A stretch of DNA of 64,000 bases, taken from an uncultured Gammaproteobacteria bacterium (GTDB lineage: Bacteria > Pseudomonadota > Gammaproteobacteria > Steroidobacterales > Rariloculaceae). Both the position numbers and the translations under genes were made by a program. The stretch's first letter is position 1. The number at the start of each line of letters is the position of its first letter. The stretch spans positions 27,079 to 91,078 of the forward strand of contig CAYXIJ010000005.1 in NCBI GenBank assembly GCA_964465375.1. Reading direction: 5' to 3'. Positions 45,558 to 59,219 of this stretch are shown here, one piece after another. The notes beneath the pieces are model-generated. The model saw only the letters and a program-made list of their open reading frames with translations. It did not search any database and was not told the DNA's origin.

Positions 45558-46931
45558 TCACTTAGCGGGGCGCTTCCAGCCCTTGACGGTTGACTGCTTA
45601 GCGCGAGCCACGGTCAGTTGCCCGGAAGGGACATCTTTTGTAATGACAGAGCCTGCTCCGATTGTTGCCTCTTCCCCAACCTCTACAGGTGCAACTAACA
45701 TGACACCGGAACCCACAAATGCACGATCTCCAATCTTAGTGTGATGTTTCTTGGCTCCATCGTAGTTGCAGGTAATTGTGCCAGCTCCAATGTTTGCATC
45801 CCGGCCGATTGTTGTGTCCCCTATGTAGCTTAAGTGATTAACTTTACTTCCTTCAGAAATTTCGCTGCCCTTTATTTCCACAAAATTTCCTATCTTCACT
45901 TGTTCGGCCAGCTCAGTACCCGGCCTCAACCTGGCAAAAGGCCCGATCTCACAATTCGGGCCCGCTACAACATTCTCCAAAACAGAATGTGCATTCACTA
46001 CACAATCATCGGCAAGCTTGCAATTAGATACTATTGCGTAAGGACCGATGTGAACGCGATCACCCAATTGCACGCTCCCCTCGAAAACGACACCAACATC
46101 GATAAAAACATCCTGCCCAACACTGAGCTCGCCCCTCACATCAACACGCTTCGGGTCCGCTAGCGATACGCCAGCCGCCATAAGCTCTACAGCCTTGCGA
46201 TGCCGCAACGTTTTTTCAGCTTCAGCCAACTCTATCTTGTCGTTAATACCTTGAACTTCTTTTGAATCCGCTGCCTTTAGACCTTCCACTTTGACACCTT
46301 CCTTTGCGGCCATGCTAACGATATCAGTGAGATAGTACTCTCCTTGTGCATTCTTATTCTCTAATCTATCCAACCAACGCCTAAGCGCGTGCGCGTGCGC
46401 CCCGATTAAGCCGCTGTTGATTTCCCCTATAAGCCTCTCCTCGTCAGACGCGTCTCGCTCCTCAATAATCTGGATAACCGCACCACCCTGATCGCGAATG
46501 ATGCGCCCGTATCCCCCTGGATCATCCGGCACTGAGGTCAAAATAGCGAGAACCTTCTCTTCAAGACTCTTTACCAACATCTGAAGTGCCCGCACTCCCA
46601 CCAGCGGCACATCTCCATAAAGCACTAGTACTTGATGATCGTCTGGAATATCGGGCAAAGCCTGCGCTACCGCATGTCCCGTTCCAAGTTGGTCTGACTG
46701 AAGATGCCAAAACAAGTCTTTCTGCGGGAAAGCGGCCACAACCTCTTTTGCGCCATGGCCGTAGACCACTCGAATGGCTTCAGGCTTCAGTTGCCTTACG
46801 ATATCCAGGACGTGGGCTAGAATGGGCTTCCCACCCAGCAGGTGCATCACTTTGGGTCTGTTGGAATGCATTCGTTTGCCCTGGCCGGCTGCCAGAACTA
46901 TAACGGTAAGAGCCACAGATCCATCCTTCAT
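45558..46931 (-). CDS. glmU: Bifunctional UDP-N-acetylglucosamine diphosphorylase / glucosamine-1-phosphate N-acetyltransferase
   Basis: 457 aa with VLAAGQGKRM and a C-terminal left-handed beta-helix of hexapeptide repeats. Confidence 0.93.
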   Translation of the reverse strand: MKDGSVALTVIVLAAGQGKRMHSNRPKVMHLLGGKPILAHVLDIVRQLKPEAIRVVYGHGAKEVVAAFPQKDLFWHLQSDQLGTGHAVAQALPDIPDDHQVLVLYGDVPLVGVRALQMLVKSLEEKVLAILTSVPDDPGGYGRIIRDQGGAVIQIIEERDASDEERLIGEINSGLIGAHAHALRRWLDRLENKNAQGEYYLTDIVSMAAKEGVKVEGLKAADSKEVQGINDKIELAEAEKTLRHRKAVELMAAGVSLADPKRVDVRGELSVGQDVFIDVGVVFEGSVQLGDRVHIGPYAIVSNCKLADDCVVNAHSVLENVVAGPNCEIGPFARLRPGTELAEQVKIGNFVEIKGSEISEGSKVNHLSYIGDTTIGRDANIGAGTITCNYDGAKKHHTKIGDRAFVGSGVMLVAPVEVGEEATIGAGSVITKDVPSGQLTVARAKQSTVKGWKRPAK

Positions 46932-47024
46932 TCTCCTGATCCTATCCGTCGATGATAGCGTGATAAGACCACCACCGTGCAGGCAAGCGCTCAGGAAAAT
47001 TGGATAAACAACGCGTTTCCGGGT

Positions 47025-47444
47025 CTAGTTGCGCCCACCCTTGAGTTTCTGTGCGGCCCGATAACGCGCCTCAGCTTCCACCATCTCCGCCTGTGCTTGC
47101 TCAAGATCCACTTCGCCGTGGCGGCCCTCTAAAACTTCACGAGCCTGCTCCCTAGCAGCGAGAGCAGCGGACTCATCCAGCTGATCGGCCCGCAGCGCAC
47201 TATCAGCCAGCACCGTTACCAAATGCGGTTGCACTTCAAGCACCCCCCCAGTGACATAGAAAAGTTTCTCGTCCTCTTCAACCATCTGAACGCGAACCTC
47301 CCCAGGGATCAGGTCTGTCAATAGCGGAGCATGCCGTGGTGCAATGCCTACTTCCCCTAACCTCGCCGGCGCAAAAACCATCTCTGCTTCGCCGGAAAAA
47401 ATTTCTCCTTCTGCGCTTACGATTTCAACGTTGATGGTTGCCAT
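47025..47444 (-). CDS. atpC: F0F1 ATP synthase subunit epsilon
   Basis: 139 aa. Identified by its operon position after atpD and the N-terminal beta-sandwich sequence VEIVSAEGEIFSGEA. Confidence 0.9.
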   Translation of the reverse strand: MATINVEIVSAEGEIFSGEAEMVFAPARLGEVGIAPRHAPLLTDLIPGEVRVQMVEEDEKLFYVTGGVLEVQPHLVTVLADSALRADQLDESAALAAREQAREVLEGRHGEVDLEQAQAEMVEAEARYRAAQKLKGGRN

Positions 47445-47458
47445 GGTCTATACCTGTC

Positions 47459-49724
<2,266 letters not shown>

Positions 49725-49727
49725 AGC

Positions 49728-51269
49728 CTAGTACGCCCCTGTTTCCTTGAAGCCCTCCACCAAGGTTTTGAGCTTTCCTTGAATATCTTCATCGTAATTG
49801 CCCGAGCTATTGATTTCATCCAGCAGATCCTGAGCGTTTGCCCGGGCATAGGCATGCAAAGCTGTTTCAAAATCCACAACCTTTTCAGAGGGAACATCAT
49901 CCAGAAAACCCTCATTAACCGCGAATAAAGAAACCGCCATCTCAGCTACTGTGAGTGGTGAATACTGTTTCTGCTTCATGAGCTCAGTTACGCGCTGACC
50001 TCGATCCAACTGCTGACGGGTAGTTTCATCAAGGTCCGAAGCAAACTGCGCAAAAGCGGCCAGCTCCCGATATTGAGCGAGCGCGAGCCGTACCCCACCG
50101 CCAAGCTTTTTAATAATTCCCGTCTGCGCAGCACCGCCCACCCTAGATACCGATAACCCCGGGTTAATGGCGGGACGAATACCCGCATTGAAAAGGTCAG
50201 TTTCCAAATAGATCTGGCCATCGGTAATGGATATCACATTGGTGGGTACAAAAGCGGAAACGTCCCCAGCCTGCGTCTCGATAATGGGTAATGCTGTAAG
50301 CGAACCGGTCGTGCCCTTAATTTCTCCGCCTGTGGCCTCTTCTACATATTCCGCATTTACTCGTGCCGCGCGTTCCAGTAACCGCGAATGCAAATAGAAG
50401 ACATCCCCAGGATATGCTTCGCGGCCTGGCGGTCTTCGAAGAAGCAAGGAAACTTGCCGGTAAGCCCAAGCCTGCTTTGTTAGATCATCGTAAATAATTA
50501 ATGCATCTTGGCCGCGGTCCCTGAAGTATTCTCCCATAGCACATCCAGCAAAGGGTGCAACATACTGCATCGCTGCAGATTCCGAGGCGGTTGCTGCAAC
50601 GATTATGGTGTGCTCCATTCCTCCATATTCCTCTAGCCTTTGGACCACGTTCGCTACAGTAGAGTTCTTCTGTCCTATGGCTACATAGATGCATTTAATG
50701 CCGCTATCACGCTGATTAATGATCGCGTCGATGGCAACAGCGCTCTTGCCTGTCTGCCGGTCGCCAATGATCAGTTCCCGTTGCCCCCTACCAATAGGCA
50801 CCATGGAGTCGATGGACTTCAGTCCAGTCTGCACAGGAGCATCTACAGACTGCCGCTCAATAACACCTGGGGCCACTTTTTCTATCGGCGAACTATGTTC
50901 TGTTTCGATCGGCCCTTTCCCATCAATAGGGTTACCCAACGCATCAACAACACGCCCCAAGAGAGCATCGCCCACGGGCACCTCCAAGATACGCCCCGTT
51001 GTTTTGGCAGTATCACCCTCAGAAATGTGTTTATACTCCCCGAGCAAAACACAACCTACGGAGTCTTGCTCCAGATTGAGAGCCAATCCGTAACTACTAC
51101 CTGGAAATTCGATCATCTCTCCATATTGAACATCCGCTAGACCATGAATCCGGGCAATACCATCGGTGAGGGTAATCACGGTTCCCACGTCTCGGGCTTC
51201 CGCTTTATCCTCAAAGCCCTCGATGCGTTGTTTGATAAGTTCACTAATTTCTGAAGCTTTAAGTACCAT
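49728..51269 (-). CDS. atpA: F0F1 ATP synthase subunit alpha
   Basis: 513 aa with the Walker A motif GDRQTGKS and [13 protein letters not shown]. Confidence 0.95.
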   Translation of the reverse strand: MVLKASEISELIKQRIEGFEDKAEARDVGTVITLTDGIARIHGLADVQYGEMIEFPGSSYGLALNLEQDSVGCVLLGEYKHISEGDTAKTTGRILEVPVGDALLGRVVDALGNPIDGKGPIETEHSSPIEKVAPGVIERQSVDAPVQTGLKSIDSMVPIGRGQRELIIGDRQTGKSAVAIDAIINQRDSGIKCIYVAIGQKNSTVANVVQRLEEYGGMEHTIIVAATASESAAMQYVAPFAGCAMGEYFRDRGQDALIIYDDLTKQAWAYRQVSLLLRRPPGREAYPGDVFYLHSRLLERAARVNAEYVEEATGGEIKGTTGSLTALPIIETQAGDVSAFVPTNVISITDGQIYLETDLFNAGIRPAINPGLSVSRVGGAAQTGIIKKLGGGVRLALAQYRELAAFAQFASDLDETTRQQLDRGQRVTELMKQKQYSPLTVAEMAVSLFAVNEGFLDDVPSEKVVDFETALHAYARANAQDLLDEINSSGNYDEDIQGKLKTLVEGFKETGAY

Positions 51270-51281
51270 CTATTAATCCTC

Positions 51282-51836
51282 TTACGCGACCAGTGTGTCT
51301 GCCAAGCGCTTTAAGCGACTTTCCACCGATCCATCAATAACCATATCCTCGGCCTGAATGATTGCGCCCCCGATCAGGCCTGCCTTTACCTCACACTCCA
51401 ATTTCACTGCGCGCCCTAAGCGCTTTTCTAGCGCCTTAGAAATACTCTCAATAACTGATTTGTCTACTCCAGTTGCTGTAATCAGTTTTACTCGTACGGT
51501 TTCTTCTGCCCACGCCTTTAATTTTTCAAACTGTGCTGCGATCTCCGGCAGTACTTCTAGCCGACCGTACTCTGCCAACAGGCGCAACAGGTTGGTACCC
51601 CGGCCGGAGCTAAACACATCGGCACACCCAGCCTCGTTGACAATATCTTCTACAAAAGATGCTCTTTTCTCCGGGCCGATATTCGGCCTTGCTAAAAAAC
51701 GCCGTGCTGTTTCTTCCTCAATCACCTGAGCTGCGGTAGCGAGGGCCTTTGACCAGCCACTCAGTTGATTGCTGGATCTTGCAATATCAAAAATCGCTTG
51801 AGCATAGGGTCGGGCAACTTTATGTAGATCCGACAC
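51282..51836 (-). CDS. atpH: F0F1 ATP synthase subunit delta
   Basis: 184 aa. OSCP family (ARPYAQAIFDIA), in the expected operon position. Confidence 0.88.
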   Translation of the reverse strand: MSDLHKVARPYAQAIFDIARSSNQLSGWSKALATAAQVIEEETARRFLARPNIGPEKRASFVEDIVNEAGCADVFSSGRGTNLLRLLAEYGRLEVLPEIAAQFEKLKAWAEETVRVKLITATGVDKSVIESISKALEKRLGRAVKLECEVKAGLIGGAIIQAEDMVIDGSVESRLKRLADTLVA

Positions 51837-51839
51837 AGA

Positions 51840-52310
51840 CTATATTTCCGACGCCAACCGATCTAAGAGATCTCGGTGTGTCTCACCATCAATTTCTCGC
51901 TCCAACACCTTCTGAGCTCCTGCCACAGCAATCATTGCTACCTGTCCTCTCAGCTCGTCCCGCGCACGGTTAATTTCAACTTCGATTTCTGCCTGCGCAC
52001 TCTCAAGCCGCCTTTGCCGCTCTTGCTCGCTCTCTTCGCGCGCACCAGAAACGATATCGTTTGCTTGCGAGCTCGCTTGCTCAACAATATCCCGCGCCTT
52101 AACTCGTGCCTCTTCAACAATCTCACCGGCACGGGTCTCAGCTTTCAGTAAGCTTCCCTGTCCTTGTTCCGCAGCCGCGAGCCCGTCAGCTATACGCTTT
52201 TCACGCTCTTCCATCGCCTGTCGAATCATTGGCCACAAGTAAGACATCGTGAACCATACCAACAGAGCAAAAACAAACATTTGAACAATCAGGGTAACGT
52301 TGATGCTCAT
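51840..52310 (-). CDS. atpF: F0F1 ATP synthase subunit b
   Basis: 156 aa with a single N-terminal TM helix and a long charged helix, in the expected operon position. Confidence 0.88.
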   Translation of the reverse strand: MSINVTLIVQMFVFALLVWFTMSYLWPMIRQAMEEREKRIADGLAAAEQGQGSLLKAETRAGEIVEEARVKARDIVEQASSQANDIVSGAREESEQERQRRLESAQAEIEVEINRARDELRGQVAMIAVAGAQKVLEREIDGETHRDLLDRLASEI

Positions 52311-52358
52311 CCTTTGGGTCTCCGGTTTAGCCTTAACTGCATAGCTGACAGATGCGGG

Positions 52359-52670
<312 letters not shown>

Positions 52671-52697
52671 TCAAAAGCCCCCAAAATGAAATTGATG

Positions 52698-53564
<867 letters not shown>

Positions 53565-53981
53565 TTAACCTTCAGACATATCCACATTGCTCGGCGTCCC
53601 CAGCCTCAGCACCAAAGCGGCCCAATAAACAATAAAGGTCGCCGCAAAACCACCGATCATGGGCCCAAAAGAAACCTCTAGAAACCGAATAGCTAGCACA
53701 AATAATCCCGCAGTTAACACTAGCTTGAAAAACTCCCCTTGATAGATACTCCTGAGCACTTTTGCCGGCTCAGTTTTAGGTCCATGCCGAAACATACTAA
53801 CCACCATATAAAAACTAGCGAGTGCGCCAATTGCGCCGCCTGTTAGGGCGGATATCCCAGCCCTGCTCCCCCCTAACAAAAAACAAATCAAACCTGCCAG
53901 CAACGCAAGCCCCATTTGTACTAAAACGATACGAAGGGCAAATCTCCGAGCATTCAGAAAACTTTTTTCGAGTTCACTCAC
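53565..53981 (-). CDS. atpI: ATP synthase protein I
   Basis: 138 aa with four hydrophobic helices. It is the first gene of the atp operon. Confidence 0.75.
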   Translation of the reverse strand: MSELEKSFLNARRFALRIVLVQMGLALLAGLICFLLGGSRAGISALTGGAIGALASFYMVVSMFRHGPKTEPAKVLRSIYQGEFFKLVLTAGLFVLAIRFLEVSFGPMIGGFAATFIVYWAALVLRLGTPSNVDMSEG

Positions 53982-54023
53982 GAAAAAAAGCCGCCAGATC
54001 TGTCCACTACAGACAAAGAAAAA

Positions 54024-54037
54024 GCCACATATGTGGC
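54024..54037. repeat. Perfect 14-bp palindrome GCCACATATGTGGC between parB and atpI
   Basis: Read directly from the sequence. It lies 43 nt upstream of the atpI start codon (53981) and 73 nt downstream of the parB stop. Confidence 0.6.
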
Positions 54038-54109
54038 ATCGAAACCGAATACATTCAAGCTACCAAATGACCGCGCTATTCTAAGGTCTTGCCTAATGCG
54101 GTTCAAGAT

Positions 54110-54997
54110 TTAGTCAATATGCCCAATAATTCCTTCTAACTCTTCCAGGCTGTGGTACCGGATGACAATCCGCCCACCAACCCGCTGTTTTTCTATTCGG
54201 ACCGGTGCCCCAAGCTTTTCTCCGATCTCCATTTCTAATCGAGCAACGTTCGGATCTTTAGGGGTCGAACTTCTACTGCCGGCGTTCTGTCCTGCGGGCT
54301 GAGATAAACGTTTTGCGGCCCGTTCTGTTTCCCGCACACTTAGCCCCTCCTTGATCACTCGAGTAGCCAGCTTAGCCTGGGCCTCAGCCGATTCCAGCGA
54401 GAGAAGCGCCCGAGCATGACCCATGTCGAGTTGGCGCTGTTCAAGCATATCCTTAACCGTATCGGGTAACTCGAGAAGTCTCATTAAATTGCTAACCGAT
54501 GCCCGGCTACGGCCTACCTCATCGGACACCTCGCTATGAGTCATGCCAAAATCATCTACCAAGCATTTAAAGGCACGGGCCTCTTCGAGGGCATTTAAAT
54601 CTTCACGCTGAATATTCTCAATCAGCGCGACCGCGAGAGCAGCCTGATCGGGTATATCCTTCACCAGCGCTGGTACCGACTGTAGTCCGGCTAATTGTGC
54701 GGCTCTCCATCGACGCTCACCCGCTATGATTTCATACTGCGTCTCACCAGCTCCAGAACCAAGTGGGCGAACTACGATCGGCTGAAAGAGACCATGAGAA
54801 CGGATAGTATTTGCAAGCTCTTCAAGGCTTTCCTCTCTCATATCCAAATGCGAGCGCGGCTGATAGTGTCCACGCTGAAGCAGGTCCACAGGAATTTCCT
54901 TGAGGCCAGTTGCCACCACCTGATCATTCGGTCTAATTTCGGTACTCAGTAGGGCATCAAGCCCACGCCCGAGACTTTTTCTCTTAGCCATTGTCAT
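54110..54997 (-). CDS. parB: Chromosome partitioning protein ParB
   Basis: 295 aa. Motifs: LGRGLDALL, IIAGERRWRAAQLAG and HTH MTHSEVSDEVGRSRASVSNLMRLL. Confidence 0.9.
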   Translation of the reverse strand: MTMAKRKSLGRGLDALLSTEIRPNDQVVATGLKEIPVDLLQRGHYQPRSHLDMREESLEELANTIRSHGLFQPIVVRPLGSGAGETQYEIIAGERRWRAAQLAGLQSVPALVKDIPDQAALAVALIENIQREDLNALEEARAFKCLVDDFGMTHSEVSDEVGRSRASVSNLMRLLELPDTVKDMLEQRQLDMGHARALLSLESAEAQAKLATRVIKEGLSVRETERAAKRLSQPAGQNAGSRSSTPKDPNVARLEMEIGEKLGAPVRIEKQRVGGRIVIRYHSLEELEGIIGHID

Positions 54998-55033
54998 AAA
55001 TAAAATTTAGAGAGAAAGGGCATGCTGATTGTA

Positions 55034-55840
55034 TCAGTTAGCGCCTGTTGGCGGAGGGTCTCGTAGAGGTTCTTCAGCTCCATCACGGCGATTTATCTCG
55101 CCGGCCAAGGCAAGATACGCTAGTGCTCCTGAAGAATTTTTATCATGATAAAGGGCTGGCTTACCAAAACTAGGTGCCTCTGCCAACCGAACGTTTCGCG
55201 GAATCACTGATCGGTAAACGCGATCTCCAAAATGCTCAAGCAGCTGGGCAGAAACCTCGTTGGCAAGATTGTTTCTATGATCGAACATGGTGCGCAGGAT
55301 CCCTTGAATTGTCAGCCCTGGGTTAGCGCTCGCCCTGATTTGCTCTATCGTTCCAAGTAATGAAGTTAAGCCTTCGAGTGCGTAGTACTCGCACTGCATG
55401 GGAATAAGCACCCCTTGGGCCGCCGTAAGGGCATTGACTGTTAGCATGTTGATCGCCGGAGGACAATCAACCAGCACATAATCGTAACGCCCATCCATAG
55501 GCTTCAGCGCATTGCCGAGTCGAAATTCGCGCTCAGGCTCGTTCAACAGCTTAATCTCAGCCACAGTCAGGTGCTGATTGCTCGGCAAAACCGCAAAACC
55601 GCCCAGGGTTGCCCTTACAATCGCATTCGCGGCGGGAATGCCATCCAGCAATACCTCACAGACACCCTCCGTCACATCCTCCTTATCAATACCACAACCC
55701 ATAGTGGCATTGCCCTGTGGGTCCATATCAACCAACAACACTTGCCGTTTAGTAGCCGCCAGAGATGCAGCGAGATTCACGCAGGTTGTAGTTTTACCTA
55801 CGCCGCCTTTTTGATTAGCGATCGCAATAATTCTGGTCAT
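55034..55840 (-). CDS. parA: Chromosome partitioning ATPase ParA/Soj
   Basis: 268 aa with the deviant Walker A motif ANQKGGVGKTTT. Confidence 0.92.
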   Translation of the reverse strand: MTRIIAIANQKGGVGKTTTCVNLAASLAATKRQVLLVDMDPQGNATMGCGIDKEDVTEGVCEVLLDGIPAANAIVRATLGGFAVLPSNQHLTVAEIKLLNEPEREFRLGNALKPMDGRYDYVLVDCPPAINMLTVNALTAAQGVLIPMQCEYYALEGLTSLLGTIEQIRASANPGLTIQGILRTMFDHRNNLANEVSAQLLEHFGDRVYRSVIPRNVRLAEAPSFGKPALYHDKNSSGALAYLALAGEINRRDGAEEPLRDPPPTGAN

Positions 55841-56487
55841 GGAGTTCCTTCTTTTCCGGCGCGCTGCACAAGTATTACTGATCCACTAACTAAGTCCTGC
55901 CTAGGCACTTCTATGCAGCGAACACTAAATTCCGCACTAAGTCTGCCCAGGCTCTCCTCAGCCTGACGGGTGCCCGTTAGAATAAAAAGCTTGCTATCAA
56001 TATCCAATAGATGTCCAGCCAATACTACTAAATCGGGCACAGCGGCAACGGCCCGAGCAAGCACCGTATCAAAGGGCTGCCCAGTTGGTAAGTCTTCTAC
56101 GCGGCAATTTTTGACGAAAACATTTGTCAATCGCAAAGTACTTTGAGCGTGGCGTAAAAACCGGGCTCGCTTTGCCCGACTGTCAATCAACGTAAACTCC
56201 CGCCCCTCTTCAACAATACTCAACGGCAACCCTGGAAGACCAGCACCTGTCCCAACATCAGCAATGCGTTGCCCTGACAACAGGGGCCTCAGGGCCAGGC
56301 TTTCCAACAGGTGACGGTCGATCATCTGATCCGTAGACCGAATGCCCGTAAGATTATGAGTTTGATTCCAGCGATTGAGCAACCAGAGAAAATCGGCCAA
56401 TCTTTCCATCTGCGTTAGGGTTATTTTAAGGCCCGCCAATGCTAGCCTCTCGCTAACTTCCCGCCCGTGCAGCTCGCGTTTTGTCAA
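55837..56487 (-). CDS. rsmG: 16S rRNA (guanine527-N7)-methyltransferase
   Basis: 216 aa with a TTG start 9 nt after the oppDF stop. Motifs: WNQTHNLTGIR and the SAM motif DVGTGAGLPGLPL. There is a 4-nt overlap with parA. Confidence 0.88.
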   Translation of the reverse strand: MTKRELHGREVSERLALAGLKITLTQMERLADFLWLLNRWNQTHNLTGIRSTDQMIDRHLLESLALRPLLSGQRIADVGTGAGLPGLPLSIVEEGREFTLIDSRAKRARFLRHAQSTLRLTNVFVKNCRVEDLPTGQPFDTVLARAVAAVPDLVVLAGHLLDIDSKLFILTGTRQAEESLGRLSAEFSVRCIEVPRQDLVSGSVILVQRAGKEGTP

Positions 56488-56496
56488 TGGTTTCCC

Positions 56497-58332
56497 CTAG
56501 TGAGTCCGTCCTGTACTTATCTCCTCTGCCTTGTGGCAGGCGACAAGGGTCTGGCTAATTCTTCGTAGTTCCGGCGCCTCCATCCGGCACCTTTGCTCCG
56601 CGTAGCGGCAACGTGTCTGAAAGCGGCAACCCGAAGGCGGATTTATTGGCGAAGGTAAATCCCCGCTCAAGAGCTGCCTTTTTCTCTTCCGCTCCGTGTC
56701 TGGGTCTGGAACAGGGGCAGCACTAATAAGGGCCGAGGTATAAGGATGAAGGGGCCCTTCATAAAGATCCGAAGCTGGAGCAACCTCGACAATTTGCCCG
56801 AGATACATTACCGCAATGCGGTGGCTAATGCTTCGAACGACAGCTAGATCATGCGCGATAAAAATTAGAGACAAGCCAAGCTCGTTCTGCAAATCCGCAA
56901 GTAGCTTCATAATCTGGTTCTGAATCGGCACATCAAGCGCACTTACTGGTTCATCACAAATAATGAGGCGCGGCCTTAAAACTAACGCTCTAGCGATACC
57001 AATCCGCTGACACTGTCCCCCCGAAAATTCATGGGGGTAACGGTTCAGTCCCTCTTTACCGAGGCCCACTCGCTGCAAAACTTCCAACGCCTCTCTTTTA
57101 ACAGCCTGACGCGAAAGATCCGGGCGGTGTGTCCAAAGCGGTTCACTCACAATGTTCCCCACTGTCATGCGCGGATTAAGGGAGGCCAGGGGGTCCTGAA
57201 AAATGATCGTCATCTCCTTGCGCAGCGGCTGCAGTTTGGGTTCCGTTAGGTCCGTTAGCGTTGTCCCAAGCAAACATACTTGTCCACTCGTGGTTGGCAC
57301 GAGGCGAAGAATCGCTCGGGCCAAGGTTGACTTGCCACACCCAGATTCACCAACTACCCCTAGGGTTTCCCCCGACTCTAGACTGAGATCCACACCATCC
57401 ACCGCTTTCAGAAGAAGTTTAGATGACCATCGCACGGGATTTTTTACGGGAAAATGAACCCGCAAGTCGTGAACGTCCAACAACGGTCCATTCTCGTCTT
57501 TGCCCTGTCCCGCGGTTTTACCATCTCTTTGGGTAAGCGGCGTGACTTGTTGGTCTGGCCTGGGAATTGCCTCTAAAAGAGCCTTCGTATAAGCGTTCTT
57601 AGGGTGATAAAAAATTTTTCTGGTCACTCCCTCTTCCATAAGGCCCCCCTCATGCATAACTAGCATCCTTTCACACAGGCCAGCAACCACCCCTAGGTCG
57701 TGGGTAATAAAAATGATAGCGGTGCCGAAACGTTCATTTATGTCTTGCATCAAACAAATTATTTGAGCCTGAACTGTCACATCTAGTGCAGTAGTAGGTT
57801 CATCAGCAATAAGGATATCCGGACTCAGAAGAAGGCACGAAGCAATCATTACGCGTTGACGCATACCGCCTGAGAGCTCATGCGGATAGCGATCAAAACA
57901 TTTTCGGGCATCTGGGATTTTCACCGCTTCTAGCATTTCTATGCAATGCTCTTGTGCAGCTTTCCTCGAAAGCTTTTTGTGTTGGCGCAAAGCCTGCATC
58001 ATCTGCCCTGCAACGGTTAAATAAGGATTCAACGAAGTCATTGGGTCTTGAAATACCATGGAGATTCTTTTGCCCCTGATCTTTCTCAGTTCCACCTCAG
58101 ACAACTCAAGCAAATTTTGTCCGCAAAAATTAGCGGAGCCGCTGACCCTGCCATTGTCTGCAAGCAACCCCAGAATACTCAACACACTTTGACTTTTCCC
58201 TGATCCAGATTCTCCGACTATCCCTAAAATTTCCCCCGTATCCAGATGGAAATTCAGTCCCTTCACCGCCTGCACTTCGCGATCAGAAGTCCAGAATCGA
58301 ACTTTGAGGTCCGATACTTCTAGTAGCTTCAT
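56497..58332 (-). CDS. Fused OppD-OppF-like oligopeptide ABC transporter ATP-binding protein (two ABC domains)
   Basis: 611 aa with two Walker A motifs (GESGSGKS, GESGCGKS) and two signature motifs (LSGGMRQR, FSGGQCQR). It ends in a C-terminal Cys-containing oligopeptide-ABC tail. Confidence 0.85.
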   Translation of the reverse strand: MKLLEVSDLKVRFWTSDREVQAVKGLNFHLDTGEILGIVGESGSGKSQSVLSILGLLADNGRVSGSANFCGQNLLELSEVELRKIRGKRISMVFQDPMTSLNPYLTVAGQMMQALRQHKKLSRKAAQEHCIEMLEAVKIPDARKCFDRYPHELSGGMRQRVMIASCLLLSPDILIADEPTTALDVTVQAQIICLMQDINERFGTAIIFITHDLGVVAGLCERMLVMHEGGLMEEGVTRKIFYHPKNAYTKALLEAIPRPDQQVTPLTQRDGKTAGQGKDENGPLLDVHDLRVHFPVKNPVRWSSKLLLKAVDGVDLSLESGETLGVVGESGCGKSTLARAILRLVPTTSGQVCLLGTTLTDLTEPKLQPLRKEMTIIFQDPLASLNPRMTVGNIVSEPLWTHRPDLSRQAVKREALEVLQRVGLGKEGLNRYPHEFSGGQCQRIGIARALVLRPRLIICDEPVSALDVPIQNQIMKLLADLQNELGLSLIFIAHDLAVVRSISHRIAVMYLGQIVEVAPASDLYEGPLHPYTSALISAAPVPDPDTERKRKRQLLSGDLPSPINPPSGCRFQTRCRYAEQRCRMEAPELRRISQTLVACHKAEEISTGRTH

Positions 58333-59209
58333 TGCCGGTCCTTGGGATCAAGCGCATCACGCATTCCGTCACCAATAAAATTAAAACAGAAAAGGGTCGT
58401 AGCAAGCAGAAAAGCAGGAAATAGCAGCATCCAAGGGGCTGTTTCCATCTCCTCCGACCCCTCTTTCACTAACGCCCCCCAGGACGTCATCGGCTCCTGA
58501 ACGCCGAGCCCGAGAAAGCTTAAAAAAGATTCCACCAAAATCACCTGCGGAATAGTTAAGGTGATATATACAGCAACACCCCCAAAAGATTGGGCACAAT
58601 GTGCCGAACAAGAATTGCCAAGGCCCCAACTCCCTGGGCTTGTGCGGCCTCAACGAACTCCCGCTGCTTGAGGCTTAGAGTCTGTCCGCGCACGATCCGC
58701 GCCATGTCTAACCAGTTGATTGCCCCTATGGCTACAAAAATCAACAAAATATTTCGGCCAAAAAAAACCATTAACAAGATCACGAAAAACATAAAGGGCA
58801 TGGCATACAGGATGTCCACAAAACGCATCATGATGGCATCCAAGCGTCCACCAAAATAACCCGCAGTAGCGCCGTAACTGATGCCGATGAGCAAGCTCAC
58901 CACACTCGCAACAACCCCTACCAGAAGAGATATCCGGCCCCCGTAGAGTGTTCGAACAAAAAGATCGCGTCCAAGGGTATCTGTTCCAAAAAAATGCCCT
59001 GTCCCCAAGCTCGGCCCGATAGAGGTATTAGGCCAGTCCGTAAAATCATACGCGTACTGACTAAACCAGGGCCCTACGGTAACCACAAGCACGATGATGG
59101 CCATCAGCATAGCCCCGGTCATCGCAGCACGGTTGCGCCTGAGGGTCCGCCAAGCATCTCCCCACAAACTTCTAGCAACTACTTGATCTTGTTTGGTCTC
59201 GATACCCAC
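58329..59209 (-). pseudogene. oppC: Oligopeptide ABC permease OppC, frameshifted at a TA tract (58564-58570)
   Basis: ORF 58556..59209 ends ...RHIVPNLLGVLLYISP*. A different frame continues YITLTIPQVILVESFLSFLGLGVQEPMTSWGALV...FNFIGDGMRDALDPKDRQ (ORF 58329..58544). Together they match the full-length E. coli OppC architecture. Confidence 0.8.
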
Positions 59210-59219
59210 GCCTCACGCC

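Noticed and set aside
50640-51140. Long antisense ORFs inside well-supported genes. Examples are 50640..51140 and 50719..51093 opposite atpA, 51358..51729 opposite atpH, 11284..11709 opposite pntAA, 23974..24465 opposite smg, 45331..45744 opposite glmU/glmS, and 42181..42805 opposite MORN paralog B.
   Set aside because: Each lies fully within, and opposite to, a gene with strong motif support. Their translations are low-complexity, Ser/Arg/Pro-rich or Cys-rich, with no recognisable motifs. This is typical of shadow ORFs.
54110-55840. Canonical parS (TGTTNCACGTGAAACA) in or near parAB.
   Set aside because: I checked every CACGTG, GTGGAAC, GTTTCAC and TGAAACA occurrence I could spot, for example near 4656, 9523, 12154, 27886 and 30237. 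None extends to a 16-bp parS. The scan was by eye, so it should be repeated computationally.
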